Under the pieces are notes generated by a model, which saw only the letters and a program-made list of their open reading frames with translations, was not told where the DNA came from and made no database searches. From Saccostrea echinata (lineage: Eukaryota), in contig NW_026889761.1 in assembly GCF_033153115.1 (NCBI RefSeq), positions 4,154,001-4,218,000 on the forward strand: a stretch of 64,000 bases of DNA, given 5' to 3'. The first letter of the stretch is position 1. Each line of letters starts with the position of its first letter. Below are positions 24,680 through 37,289 of this stretch, one piece after another. A program made the position numbers and the translations under genes.

Positions 24680-27600
24680 ATGTCTCACTCGTGCCCCCTC
24701 CAGCACTGGGTGTGTACACTGATCCTAGCAGCGAGTGTTTGGGAGCTAGTAACCGCAGGTAAATCATAACCGTAAACTAGACCAACCAAATGAAATGCAG
24801 TTTGGAAACTATTATTATATTATATCGTATATACACTATCGTAGGTGCTGTTGCTATCATATAATATTTTTGTAATGTTTAAATTGAAAATGTATCGTTA
24901 AAGCTTATCATTTTGGGATTCCATTATATGTTTCCTTAAACAATATCATTACTTAAAAGAAATAAAGAATCCATATGCATCTTTGAAAAAACTTCAACGT
25001 TCTTATAGAAATGTATGCTAATATCAGTGGGATAGTTGTGAAGAAATTTTAGAAGAACACGGGCGAATAAGTTGAGAAAAATAGTCATGGATCGACAAAC
25101 AAGAAAGAGAAAAAATAGATCTTAATCAAAACAAAATTTACTCTAAATTTACTCTGTTTCAGGTAGGATTACGGCTGTGCGGAATTCATAGAATTTAACA
25201 CATTTGCCGAAATATACGAAAAGTTTTAATAACAATTTACACAAAGTCCGAAAAGTTAATTCGCATAGTAATTTATGATAATTCCAAAAAGGTCATATTT
25301 TACACCGTAACACAAGTATGAGACTGATAGGTCAAATGATAATCATTTAAAACTCGCCCAATTTTGAATTTTAGTTTTTCGTCCATTAGTAAATAATGAA
25401 ATTAAAAAGGACAGATGGTTTTCAGACTCTGTCCACGCTGCTTAAACCTGTCTCTGTATTTGATATACTGAAATTGAACCTGTCCGGTAGAAACCAGTTA
25501 TGTTCTTTAACTACCCATCTAGCATTATGAGGCAATAAGATTTAACAGCACTATAAAAATGATATTATGTCGATTACATTGGAACATACGTATATGCAAT
25601 GGTGAAGGTGGGGCGAATGCTCATATGGACAAGTATTGATATCCCCTTGCAACTTTGTTGCAACTGACAAAAAGTAATCTTAAATTATATTCAATGTTTA
25701 TTTTTTTTTATTTCTAGACAGTAAAAAATTGAAGTGCGTTTTCTTTCTTATTTGTTTTGATTTCGCCCTTTTGGATTGTTGACATCCTATATTCATTTTG
25801 AAAGAAAATAATTGAAGTCCCCACACTTTCTAAAAATCTGTGAAATCAATTTAAAGATTGTATACAGTTATCTATCATAAAAAGTAAAATATAATCATGC
25901 ATTCGCTATTATACAAATACTAGCAACCAGTAATTCGGTATAAATATATAGGTTTAAAGTCAGCTTTCCAGAATTCTACGGCTTCTATAATGACCTTGTT
26001 TGTAAATACAGTCTTTCGTTGGGTCTTATCTTGTCTGATATGTTTCACATCATTTGTTAAGTGATTGCTTTTCTACTAACTTAAATACTGACACGGTAGC
26101 TCAGTCGGTAGAGCTCTATGATCGGAAGGTCGTGCGTTCATACCCCGGCCGCGACTGACCTATGTCGATAAAAATTAGGTAGCAACTCTTCCTTCGCCAA
26201 GCGCTCGGCACTTTGCGGTGAAAGATGCGGGTCTTTCAGACAAGACCTTAAAAAATTAGGTCCCGTGTCACGACAGACGTTAGCATGATAAATATCCCTC
26301 ACTGTTAATGGCCCTGAGAGCCTAATAAAGATCTTAGTTTGAAGTTCTTCATCGGTATATGGTGACGTCTCTATATGAGTGAAAAAATCTCGAATCAGTC
26401 GTAAAACAACATACGTACAATCAATCAAAATACATATGTACTAACTTTAACTAGGGAGTACTCCGTCTACTTGATCAAATTATAGGGCCAACGGCGGTTG
26501 TGACCGGTCGACAGGCAAGCTTACTCCTCTTAGGCAACTGATCCCACCTCTGATGGATTTATGGGATGGGATTAATCAAAGTTCATCATCTTCACCATTT
26601 ACATAACTGTTGTTTTTATGTATTCAATGCGCTCCCAAACAAACGAGTAAACTATAGCACAGCAATTTTGATATTCATCGGTTTTGAATGATGATATTCA
26701 GTAAACATATTGTATGCAAGCCACATGTTTCAGTCATCTTTGTATCATTTCAGCTGACAGAGGTTACGGTACTCAGTTTGGAAATTCGGAAAGCACAAGA
26801 GGTAAGATGAACGGCGAGTTTACCCCCCCCCCCCTTCAAAAATAAGGCGAACTTTTATTTAGTAGAAAAGAATCTTCTCATTCACCAGTAATACTTAAAA
26901 TAATCGATCATTTTTGTAATTTTTTATGAGCTACATTTGTTTTTAGAAAGATACTAGTAATTTAATCATTAATGGTTTGAAAATGGTCAGAACAAGGTAT
27001 ACATATGACGTGCTACTCTTAAAATACTACCTAACTGGGTTGTTAATGACGTTTCTTACTCATACCTATTTATCACTGCAGACTGCACAGGGAAGTGCAA
27101 CCACCGAGGAAATACCTATAACGCGGGGGAGAAGTTCTCTTACACCGAAGGCTGCATCAAATTCAACTGTGAGTGTCACTGTAATGGATGGTACGACTGT
27201 CCACGGGAAAAGAACGAAGACATTTGTCGAAACAGAAATACCGATCGTACAGGTCCTTCCGGTCAAAACTGTAAGGAGTGTAACGTACACGGGGTGTTAT
27301 TTCCAAGTAACGCCCCCTTTAATTATAACCGTGGTTGTACAGAGCTGAGCCAGTGTCACTGTCACTGCAATGGCTTCTGGAACTGTACACAAGGCAGGGA
27401 CATCTGTCGTAACACTATGATAACTCAACTTTCTGGTGGAGGGAGTCGTTCTTATTCCTCAGGGTCGTACAGTAGTGGTAGCTCGTCGTCACAGAGTAGC
27501 GGATCCTCTAGCCGACAATCCGGTGGATATTCAAGTGGATCATCCTCCTCTTCTTCGGACGGATTATACTCAAGTAGTGGTTCTAGAGGTGGTGGTGCAG

Positions 27601-30600
27601 GTGGGAGCTTTGGAAGTTCCAATTCAAGATGTAGACAATGTTTGGTATCACAGGACAGATTGGAAAATCCAAATACTTATTTCAAATACCGGAATGGATG
27701 CTCTGAATGGGACAGTTGCTTCTGTAACTGTGAAGGTAGATGGAGCTGTGATGATAAAACTTATAAGAAAGTGTGTGGACAAGGCGGGGGAAGTGGCGTG
27801 GATCTGAGCGGAGGCTCTTGTACCCCATGTGATGTTTATGGAAAGATTCAGCTCGGAAACACCGACTTTGTACACAGAAATGGATGCCATGAATGGACAG
27901 ACTGTCATTGCTCATGTGGAGGATCTTTCTATTGTTCTAACACGAGCTACCGGTGGGCATGTGACAATATATGTCGTGAGTGTAGTGTCGACGGAAGGAA
28001 ATATGCAGGAAATACAGAATTTTCCCACACCGTTGATTGTATAACCTATGATCCTTGCCAGTGTCACTGTAACGGGTCATGGTCATGTCCTCCCGAGGCA
28101 GGAAAGTGGACGTGTACGGATCGATGTAGAGAATGTGACGTGGATGGAAATCGGTATCAAGGGAACAGCGAGTTCCGTCATAAAGAGGGCTGCTGGGAAT
28201 GGGACCACTGTCAGTGTAATTGTAACGGGTCCTGGAAGTGCCCCAAAGAACATGCTAAGTGGACCTGTTCACAGCAGTGTAGAGACTGCGTGTTGGACAA
28301 TCAAACATACGCAGCCAATTCTCCTTTCACATTCGAGCGAGGGGACTGTTATAGATTTCACTGTCAGTGTGGATGTAACGGTTCCTATGAATGTCCCCCA
28401 GAAAAAACCGAAAACACGTGTTTGATTGACCCCAGCACAGGATGTTATCCTTGTGATGTACACGGGAAAACCTACAAAGGTCAATCAGTGTTTAATCACA
28501 CAGACGGCTGTATGCAATATCAGGATTGTATATGTAATTGTAATGGATTCTGGGAATGTCCAGGTTCAAAAGCAGTGGACACTTGCCACCCTCATACTTC
28601 AGGTAGCTGTTATACCTGTGACGTAAATGGGAACAAGGTGGCTGGTGGGTCCCGTTTTACATTAGAGGACGGGGACTGGCGCTTTGATTGTGAGTGTTAC
28701 TGTAACGGGGGGTGGCAATGTTCAGCAGAAGCCATATACACTGGTGACACCTCCCATCATGTTGAAAATCAGTGTAAAGATTGCTATTTCCTAGGCCGCC
28801 GTCATACAAGCAGGACTTCCTTCGATAGCCAATGGGGTTGTATTAAGTACAAATGTCAGTGTAACTGTGATGGAAAGGTAGAGTGTCCTGTTGAACAAGC
28901 AACCAGTGTATGTTCTTCATATAGCCACTACTTCCAGGAATTCCAACTGAAGTCTCTTGGTAGCACACCAGTAAAGTATTGTTCAGCTTGCAAAATTAAT
29001 GATCACTTCTTCCCTGGTAATTCCCAATTTGAATATGTGGATGGATGCCATCGGCATATGCTGAGGTGCTATTGTAATTCTGGATACAGAGTCGCCAAAA
29101 AGATCATCGACTCGTGTGTAGAGGGTATCATATCTGGGACTATAAAGTACTCAAAGAAATCAGCTGTTTTTCTCTCAGTGTCTCAACAGTGTGATCGCAA
29201 GTGTATTGTAAATGGCATTGAACACGCATCAAGATCTTCCTTCGAAATATACGTTGGATGTTCGACATACCGCTGTCAGTGTGCGTGTAACGGTCTGCCT
29301 CAGTGTCAAGCTCCCATAGATAGGTTATGTAATCTACAAATACACGTCATAAGCAACTCAAGGATAACAGGTGGATCCAGCAGTTCGTCACATGTCGGCG
29401 GTGTACACGTCCAGTCTGGTGGATCAACTGTCGTCAATGGTGGTAGCCATTCTAGTAGGAGGGTCATATCTGGTGGAAGCTCCTCTAGGGGCACAGTCGT
29501 ATCAGGCGGAAGCAGAAGAGTCATTACCGGAAGTAGTCATTCTTCCAGTGGAGGGGTTATAAGTGGAGGAGGTAGCTCCTCAAGCACAAGAATAGTAAGT
29601 GGTGGATCTCGAGTTGTCGGTGGTGGATCTCGTGTTGTTAGCAGCGGATCTCGAGTTGTCAGCGGGGGATCGTCGGTCGTTTCTAGCGGAAGTACAGGAA
29701 GTTCTAGAGTCATACGGAGAAGAATTGTATCAACAGGCGGTGGTGGAGGAGGAGTCTCGGTGACTAGGGGAGGATCTACGTCAGTTGTCATCAGTAAGTA
29801 TTCCATACTATCTATTCCATATAATCTCTTCCCTAATGAAACCTTTCTCCTACAGTTGCTGTTTTTGTTTTCTTTCACCAGGAGATAATGGGGTATCAAA
29901 CAGTGATTGTCATTTTTGTGTGGTGGAGGGCAGACGGTATCATGGTATGGCTGTATTTGATTATAAACGAGGCTGTGTTCGATATAGGTGCCAGTGTGAC
30001 TGCAAGGGGTATGCCATCTGCCGGGCTGTTAGTATTAACGAATGCTTTGCTGAAAAAAGCCAGTGTAGACCTTGTTATGTGGAAAACAAACGGTATGAAG
30101 CAAATTCTCGATTCACATTTGACAAAGATTGCCAGAGGACATCTTGTCGTTGTGAATGTGACGGTATGGCAACATGCGTCAGAACACAGATTCCAGGTTG
30201 TACGCATCACGATGGATGCCTACAATGTGTCTACAATGGCGTGACCAGGGAACCTAATACACAATTCAACATCGATAAAACATGTGAGAGAACTGTTTGT
30301 CAGTGTAATTGTAATGGACAAGTTCAATGTTCATCTCCTTTTCGCACATGTGCACAACCTCAAACATGCGGTGGTTGCACCGTTGAAGGACATTATAGGC
30401 CTGCAAAGTCAACTTTCACACTCACACAAGGAAATTGGAGAATGACTTGCACTTGTGAATGTGACAATCGTTATACGTGTGACAGAGCCAATGCGGAATA
30501 TATCGGCGATGACTCTCATGTTCATGACACATGTAGGTCATGTACAGTTGATGGAAAAGTTCATCAAGGCAAAACCAAATTTCAAAGAGAGCAGGGATGT

Positions 30601-33600
30601 TACAGGTATAGCTGCCAGTGTTTTTGTGATGGTACCCACAACTGTGTCAGTACAGGAACGTACATCTGCTCTAAACCAACCACTCCTGCGCCACATATTG
30701 ATCACCAACACTGCAAGCCCTGTAGAGTGGGAAGCCAGGAGTATCCGTCGGAACAGCCTTTCAGTCTAGATCGGAGCTGTAAGCGGTACAATTGTGAGTG
30801 TTACTGCAGTGGTCGCTATGGATGTCAAGATTCGGGGGAGAATACATGTCACCATGGCTCTCATGCAACAACAACGCCGGCCCCACAACCAACATGTACT
30901 AAATGTCACGTGCAAGGAAAGGACTATTCGCCAAACACCAAGTAAGGAAAATATATTGCATAAACAGATGTGAAATGAAAAATAAAGAATATAAAATACG
31001 AAATAATTTGGTAGCATTATCTTTGAATTAAGTACTGGTAGTATATCTTTTTTTTCTGCTGATTTACTATATTTTATTTATAACAAATTATATGCCAAGT
31101 TATTTTTTTTTTCAAATAGATTTACAATTGTTTATGACAAGTGTCGCGTGCTTAACTGTAAATGTTCTTGTGATGGCACCCATGATTGTGACAGAGAGGT
31201 TACGAATGTCTGTGGTCCGGGTCAGAATCAGTGTAGATCGTGTACTCACGATGGTGTCACTCATCAGTAAGTGATAATCTTGTAAACGTTTGAATAAAAA
31301 TATATCAAACTCGGTATAAACCCACAGATTTGATCAACGTTATAATAGAAAGTGTTGATGAACTTTCATTAATAGTGCACCAAAACTGTAGTTTCTTGCA
31401 GTTTACAATTTCCGCTTTTAATTAATCTCTATGTTGTCATTTCACAGATCCGGTAAGCGTTATCGTCGAGTAGAGAACTGTGTGGAGTATGACTGCGAGT
31501 GTGGATGTGACGGAAGTCCTCGGTGCAGCGCCCTCCGGCGGGTCTGTCACGAGAGGCCTCAGTGCAGATCATGTACAGGTCCTGATGGTCAGGAACATCA
31601 GTAAGTCTTGTAGAAACAACCCCCTGAACAAAGTGAAGTGGCATTCTTAATTATCATGTAGATGCTGGTGCACAATCTAAATTTGTTAACGTGAATTTAC
31701 CCTTAATATCTCCAATGATATTTATGCTTTTGTTGATATATATTTTCAGACCATACACACAGTTTCTCTATGACAAGGACTGTCTTAGATACACATGTGA
31801 CTGCGCATGTAACGGAAGCTACAACTGTCCCTCAGAGAAAACTAGAAGAATTTGCCCCGAGCCTACACGAGCACCGCCTCGATGTCGACCATGCACGGAT
31901 CCCAACGGACGACGACATCCGTATGTTACCTATGACACATACTGTGCTTTATTGTAATCTTCCATGAAACGTGGAAGGGGAAAGGGGAGGTTTGGACAGT
32001 TTTAGGACCACTTACAATATACATCTGATTTTAACTACTGCAGTAACCCTTAAATATTTTATACCCTTTATGTTTATATTTGGAAATGAATTACTTTATC
32101 AACATTTGCTTCATTTTTTTTTTTTGGGGGGGGGGGGGGGGGTAATTGCAATGGTATCGTCTACTATCCATTACCCATGTAACGTTTGGGAATACAATTC
32201 TATTTTAGTGCAAACAGTCAGTTCACGTACGATAAGGATTGCCAAAGACACCGCTGTAACTGTGCCTGTGACGGAACTTACAACTGTCCCTCGGGGAACA
32301 TCCGCAGAATATGCAGGAACGGCGAGAATAAACCTCAATGTAGACCGTGCACGGATCCAGTGGGGCGGCAACATCGGTTTGTGCACTTTAAAATATTTGT
32401 AATATAATAATGCACATATATAAACGTAAATTTAAATATATATCTGAGATAATGAATCTCGCATTTACATATTTTATCACCTTTCAGTTCAGGTAGCGAG
32501 TTTATATACGACAAAGAATGCCATCGGTACACGTGTACTTGTGACTGCAGTGGCGAGTACAATTGTCCTGCTGAGAAAACAATCAACTACTGTGATCGTG
32601 GATCCTCTCAAACAGGTGGCTCCATAAGCAGTGGTAGGTCATCATATCAGAATGTTTCGTCCAGCAGTGATGGATCAACTCATCATAGCGGTTCCTCTAG
32701 CAGTAGTTGGTCAACACACCAAAGTGGTTCCTCTAGCAGTAGTGGATCGTCATTTCAAAGGGGTTCCAGTCACCAAAATGTAGGTGTACAACCCAGTCAT
32801 CTCTATAGATACGGTTACTCGTCTGCTAATAGCTATGGTAACACTGGCTGCTTTTACTGCGTTGCTGGTGGAGCTCAAAGAAAACCAAACGAACGATTCG
32901 TGTTTGATGACAATTGTTATCGATTTTCATGCTTCTGTGCATGCAATGGAAGTTGGGAGTGCCCTGCCTCTCAAACACAGGAAATATGTAAATCCCACTC
33001 CACCAGCTCAGGATCTGGATCATCAAGTCACGGGTCTTCATGTAGGCAGTGCACTGCCCATGGTAAAACATATGCCGGAAACTCGCATTTCCAACATGAT
33101 GATGGTTGTTATAGGTTAAATTGCGATTGCTACTGTAACGGGTCATGGAATTGTCCTGCAGATCGCACCAAAAACATTTGCACCCCAGAGACGGGGAACT
33201 GTAGAAAGTGTAACGTCCAGGGATACGACAGAGAACCAAACTCAAGGTTCCAGTTCGACAAGAATTGTTTCCGGTTCGACTGTGATTGTAACTGTGACGG
33301 GTCCTATGTCTGTCCTGCTGAGAGGACAAGGAGAATCCCCGGATGTGGAAGTCATCGCACACGCCAAGGAACGGAAGGCACAAACTGTACCGAGTGCGTG
33401 GTTCAAGGTAGTAAATATCGATCGGGTACAAGATTTCAGTATGTAAACGGCTGTGCCGAGTACGATTGCGACTGTTTCTGTGACGGAAGCTTTAATTGTC
33501 CACCAAGTCGTACCGTGGACATCTGTAGGGACAAGCCAAACTCATGTACCGAGTGTGAATACGCCGGAACAAAATACCCAGGGAATTCAGACTTTGTGAT

Positions 33601-33703
33601 TAATGAGAAGTGTTCTCAGATTAAGTGTTCGTGTGATTGTGAAGGTAAAATCACGTGTAAAGATGCCATTAACACGTGTACAGATCGCGGTGATCTGGGT
33701 TAA
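24680..33703 (+). CDS. Large secreted cysteine-rich repeat protein (~1917 aa; 28 vWC/pacifastin-like 8-Cys modules, Ser/Gly-rich linkers)
   Basis: Exons 24680-24758 (signal peptide MSHSCPLQHWVCTLILAASVWELVTA), 26754-26801, 27082-29793, 29882-30941, 31120-31266, 31448-31600, 31750-31920, 32209-32376, 32488-33703. All GT-AG and phase-consistent (5754 nt). Module consensus CxxCxVxGxxYx5Fx5Cx4-5CxCxCxGxW/YxCx5-10C. The first two exons are less certain than the rest. Confidence 0.88.
26088..26430 (+). mobile_element. tRNA-derived SINE (probably Meta-domain type)
   Basis: A-box ggtagctcagtcggtagagc, B-box-like gttcataccc, central cttccttcgccaagcgctcggca, and a (caat)n-type tail. Confidence 0.75.
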
Positions 33704-34859
33704 GGGTGTACGGCGTGTACTGTATGGTTTTAGGTTATGTCTGCATAGTAGTGCATTTTCTAGATTGTAGAAAATGAGTTGAAGTTTTAAAACGTGATAT
33801 GATTATTTTTTTAAAGGAATGAAAAGCTGTTAGGTTTTGTAAAAGATTTATTTATAAGATGTCTTTGTACCAGATTAGTTGTATTAATGTTGAAAAGAAA
33901 GTCTTGATTATACATACATATAAGACATACGTGTTGCTCTATGTTTGTGAATTGGTTTGTTCTTAATACGTATGTAAAATTCATATATTAATATTTTTAT
34001 AAGTATAATAAAAGGAATCTCTTGCGTAATTCATATTTCTTTCCATCATCATCACCATCTTCCATATACAGTCAGAGTAGGAGTTACAGATACTAAATAT
34101 AATTACCAAAAGATTTTAAATCTAAACACTATTCTGGAAAATACAGTCCACTTATAGCATCCGAAACCTTACAGCACATCTGCAACTTAAGCATTTGAAA
34201 TTGAGCTAAATGCCAATTTAAGAAAGGTGAGCTCAAGGTCAAAGGAAAGGTCAAGGTCAATAATTTTAATGCAATTCAATATCACTCACCAAGATGTATC
34301 AGCCAATAAAAGTTTTATAAAAAAAATCCTGCTTTCTTTCTTAAAACTGAACTAAAATAAAACACAAATTTGAGAAAATTGAAGTCGAGGTCAAAGGAAA
34401 GGTCAGGGTCAATAATGTTGATGCAATTCAATAGCTTTCATCAATATGTATAAGCTATGAAGTTTGATCAAATAACTTGAATAGATTCTTTGAAACTGAG
34501 CTAAACACAAATTTTTGAAAAGAAAGGTCAGAGTCAAAGGAAAGGTCGAGGTCAATAAATGCTGTTGCAGTTGAATACCAATACGTATCAGCATATAAGG
34601 CTTGCCAAAAATATCTAAATAATTTGAAATTTAACTAAACACAATTTGAAGAAAAGTGGGGTCAAGGTCAAAGGAGAGGTCATGGTCAAAAAAGTTTTTT
34701 TTTTGGTTGAATAACTCTTATTAATATGTACCAGCAAATGAAGTTTGATAAAAATGTTTTGAAACTAGGTTGGTGAAGTGAAAAGGCTCTCTCCAATATG
34801 TATCGGCATATTATATTAAATAAAAATAGCTTGAATATTTTCTTTGAGCTTAACACATA

Positions 34860-35460
34860 AAAAACATAGGTAATCAGTGATTACAAAGCTCAACTCAACG
34901 AATGTTGTCTTTAAGTAAGGCAAACTCCCACACTAAACTAATAATCTAGTAGTGTGCATTCCTAGATGCAACATTTATGCAAGTTTGGTCTGAAAGGGCT
35001 TGCAGTTACTTTGTTCGTTCCTTGATGCATCATCCATGTAATTTTGGTTCAAATAGGCCTTATAGTTACTTGGAAATGAGATCTGCTCCATAAACTTTAA
35101 CCTGGTCACTCACCCAGAAAATGTAAGCCAGATCCAGAGTCCAAAGCAAGTCCAGTAGTGTGCATCCTTAGATGTATCAACCATGCAAGTTTGGTTCAGA
35201 TAGGCCTTATAATTACTTGTAAATGAGACCTGCTCCAAAAACATTATCCTGGTCATTCTTTAGCTGAAATTGCAGCATCTGAAACCTTGACTGGTACAAT
35301 GAAACACACTAGAAGCATAAGAAGCATCCTCCATGCATCTCTGATTAATATAGAAGTACTTGAAAAGAAATCTACTCCAAAAGCTTTAACCTGGGACGCT
35401 GATGCCGACACCGACGGTATTACATAATCTCCCCCAACTTCGTTGAGGTGAGCTAAAAAT
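34860..35460 (+). mobile_element. Helentron-associated non-autonomous (HINE-like) element
   Basis: Internal ~150-bp tandem units (catgcaagtttggttcagataggccttat), a gacgcc-like microsatellite, and a terminal hairpin followed by gagctaaaaa. Confidence 0.55.
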
Positions 35461-35542
35461 AAGAGGTAAGGGTCGAAGGAAAGGTCAGAAAATGCTGATG
35501 CAGTTGAATAGCTCTCATTAATATATATCAGCATATTAGGTA

Positions 35543-35665
35543 TGTAACAGGAAAGTAGAAAATGTATGGCTGGACCGGGAATCGAACCTGGGACCCCTGC
35601 ACTACTAGTCAGGTGCTCTACCGACTGAGTTACCCTGGCCGATATCAACGGCCCAAACCATTACA
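35543..35665 (-). mobile_element. Short TG...CA element containing a tRNA-like (Thr, AGT) sequence; Helenus-type TRIM solo LTR
   Basis: Ends tgtaa / ttaca with flanks ggta / gata (4-bp TSD, 1 mismatch). Minus strand has A-box taactcagtcggtagagc, B-box ggttcgattccc and loop ctAGTag; acceptor stem is degraded. Confidence 0.65.
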
Positions 35666-37289
35666 GATATGATAAAAATATATAAGAACATTTTCTTTGA
35701 AATTGAGCTAAACACAATTTTTGAAAAAGAGAGGTCCAGGTCAAAGGGAATGTCAAGGTCAAAAAATGTTGAAGCAGTTGAATAGCTGTCATAAATTTGT
35801 ATCAGCATGTGAAGTTTTGTAAAACAAAATATACAAAGATCTTGTATATGAATTAAAAAAATAACAATTTCAATATACATATATAATTCGAAAACAATTT
35901 ATTTCAACACATATTACATATCATGTTAATTGTATTAAAAACAATGTAAATAAATGTTGAAAAACAAAGGCTATAAACAGATTACTGATAGTTGAATAGT
36001 ACTGAACACAGCTGAAAGCTACATATGTACACCCATCTTCTTTTGCTTTAACATGGCGGAAACAATCATTCATGAATTTATGTCTCCTTGTAATGATAGT
36101 GTTAGCTCTCAAACGTGTAGGATTTAAACACATATATATGCTTAAAATTAAATCATTTTCAAGCGTACCTTGAAAAATAAATATATGATTTACTTGTTTT
36201 AGTGATACTTGTCGTCGCACTACTCTCTTATCTTATCCAGGGGATGGTATTAATAGTGAGCAAAAGGTGACATGTGACATCCTTGGTGACCAATGGGATC
36301 CTCGCTCTTAGGAAGATTACGATGCTCAACATCATCCACGAAATTATGAAGAGCCAATGGGAATTGGGCATGTGAATCTGACCAATAACATTTCATAATT
36401 CATTTAACCAGTCGTCGTTGTGTTTAAAACATTCGGGCTGCTCTGTAAACCATGAAGGAGCTTTGAACGGAAGAATGTAGCCTGTTTTAGTTCGGGTGTA
36501 ACCTTCTGTATGTAGCCGTCGTATCCCAATCTCTTCATCCCGAGTCCGATTTCTTCCGAGTAAATACCCTCTTTAGTTTGTTGTATGTAGACAATATCCG
36601 GTTTCATGCTGGACACGTCATTGTGCAAGGTCTTAGTGAATGTAGATAGTTCATTTTCTGTGAGACCAGAAACATCAAACTGCATGCAGTACACAGATTT
36701 ATTCCCACTTTGATCCTGGTCTAGAAAATAATACCGTAGGCCTTAGAATGAAAATTTTCAGTTATCATAAAATCAGAAAAATAATTACACACAATTATAA
36801 TTCTCCAACGTTGACAACTTGCGACAGAACAGTCCTATTTACCAAGGCCTATAGAACAATTCTTACCGTTCCAGTAAAGTCGTTTTTCGTCCGCTGACCT
36901 CGATGAATATTCATTGGTATTTGGTTTCTTCAAAGTATACGTCAAGGACAATGTGCTTCTCATTATCTGTTGTGAAACAAAAGCTTTCAACTTGTAGAGC
37001 AACAAATTCTTCAAAATGATCAAACTGCTCAATGATGAATGTATAATAAAAACATATTAATAATAATACATCATTTAAGATGTGTCGAGATATGCAATTA
37101 TAACTCCGTTGGGCATGTGTTGGGCATTGTTAAGACTCTTGGTAAAGCGGTTTAAAGATAAAACCTCTCCGATGAAGCATATATTCATTTTGCGGTCATA
37201 TTATAATTTATAATCATGTATTCCATTGTTTTCATATTCAAATTAATTTATTGCATGGTGAATTCAAAGTCAATAAATATATGATTTAA

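Larger units (their letters stand above)
34190..35830 (+). repeat. Degenerate ~150-bp tandem repeat (ggtcaaaggaaaggtcaaggtcaa core); a related tract lies at 17350-17740
   Basis: Core recurs near 34237, 34389, 34532, 34666, 35471 and 35739. The tract is interrupted by a HINE-like element and a solo LTR. Confidence 0.6.

Noticed and set aside
25165-25315. Similarity to 38700-38790 plus 39215-39250 as a gene duplication
   Set aside because: Non-coding, short and diverged; best explained as an old dispersed repeat, one copy of which was split by a MITE.
26088-26170. tRNA gene
   Set aside because: It is the head of a SINE: the anticodon arm is degraded and it is followed by a SINE body and tail.
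27066-33431. Overlapping alternative-frame and antisense ORFs across the Cys-rich gene
   Set aside because: These are shadows of the GC-richer coding exons, with no motifs or splice support of their own.
35543-35665. Functional tRNA-Thr gene
   Set aside because: Acceptor and anticodon stems are mispaired and the sequence sits within TG...CA ends with a TSD.
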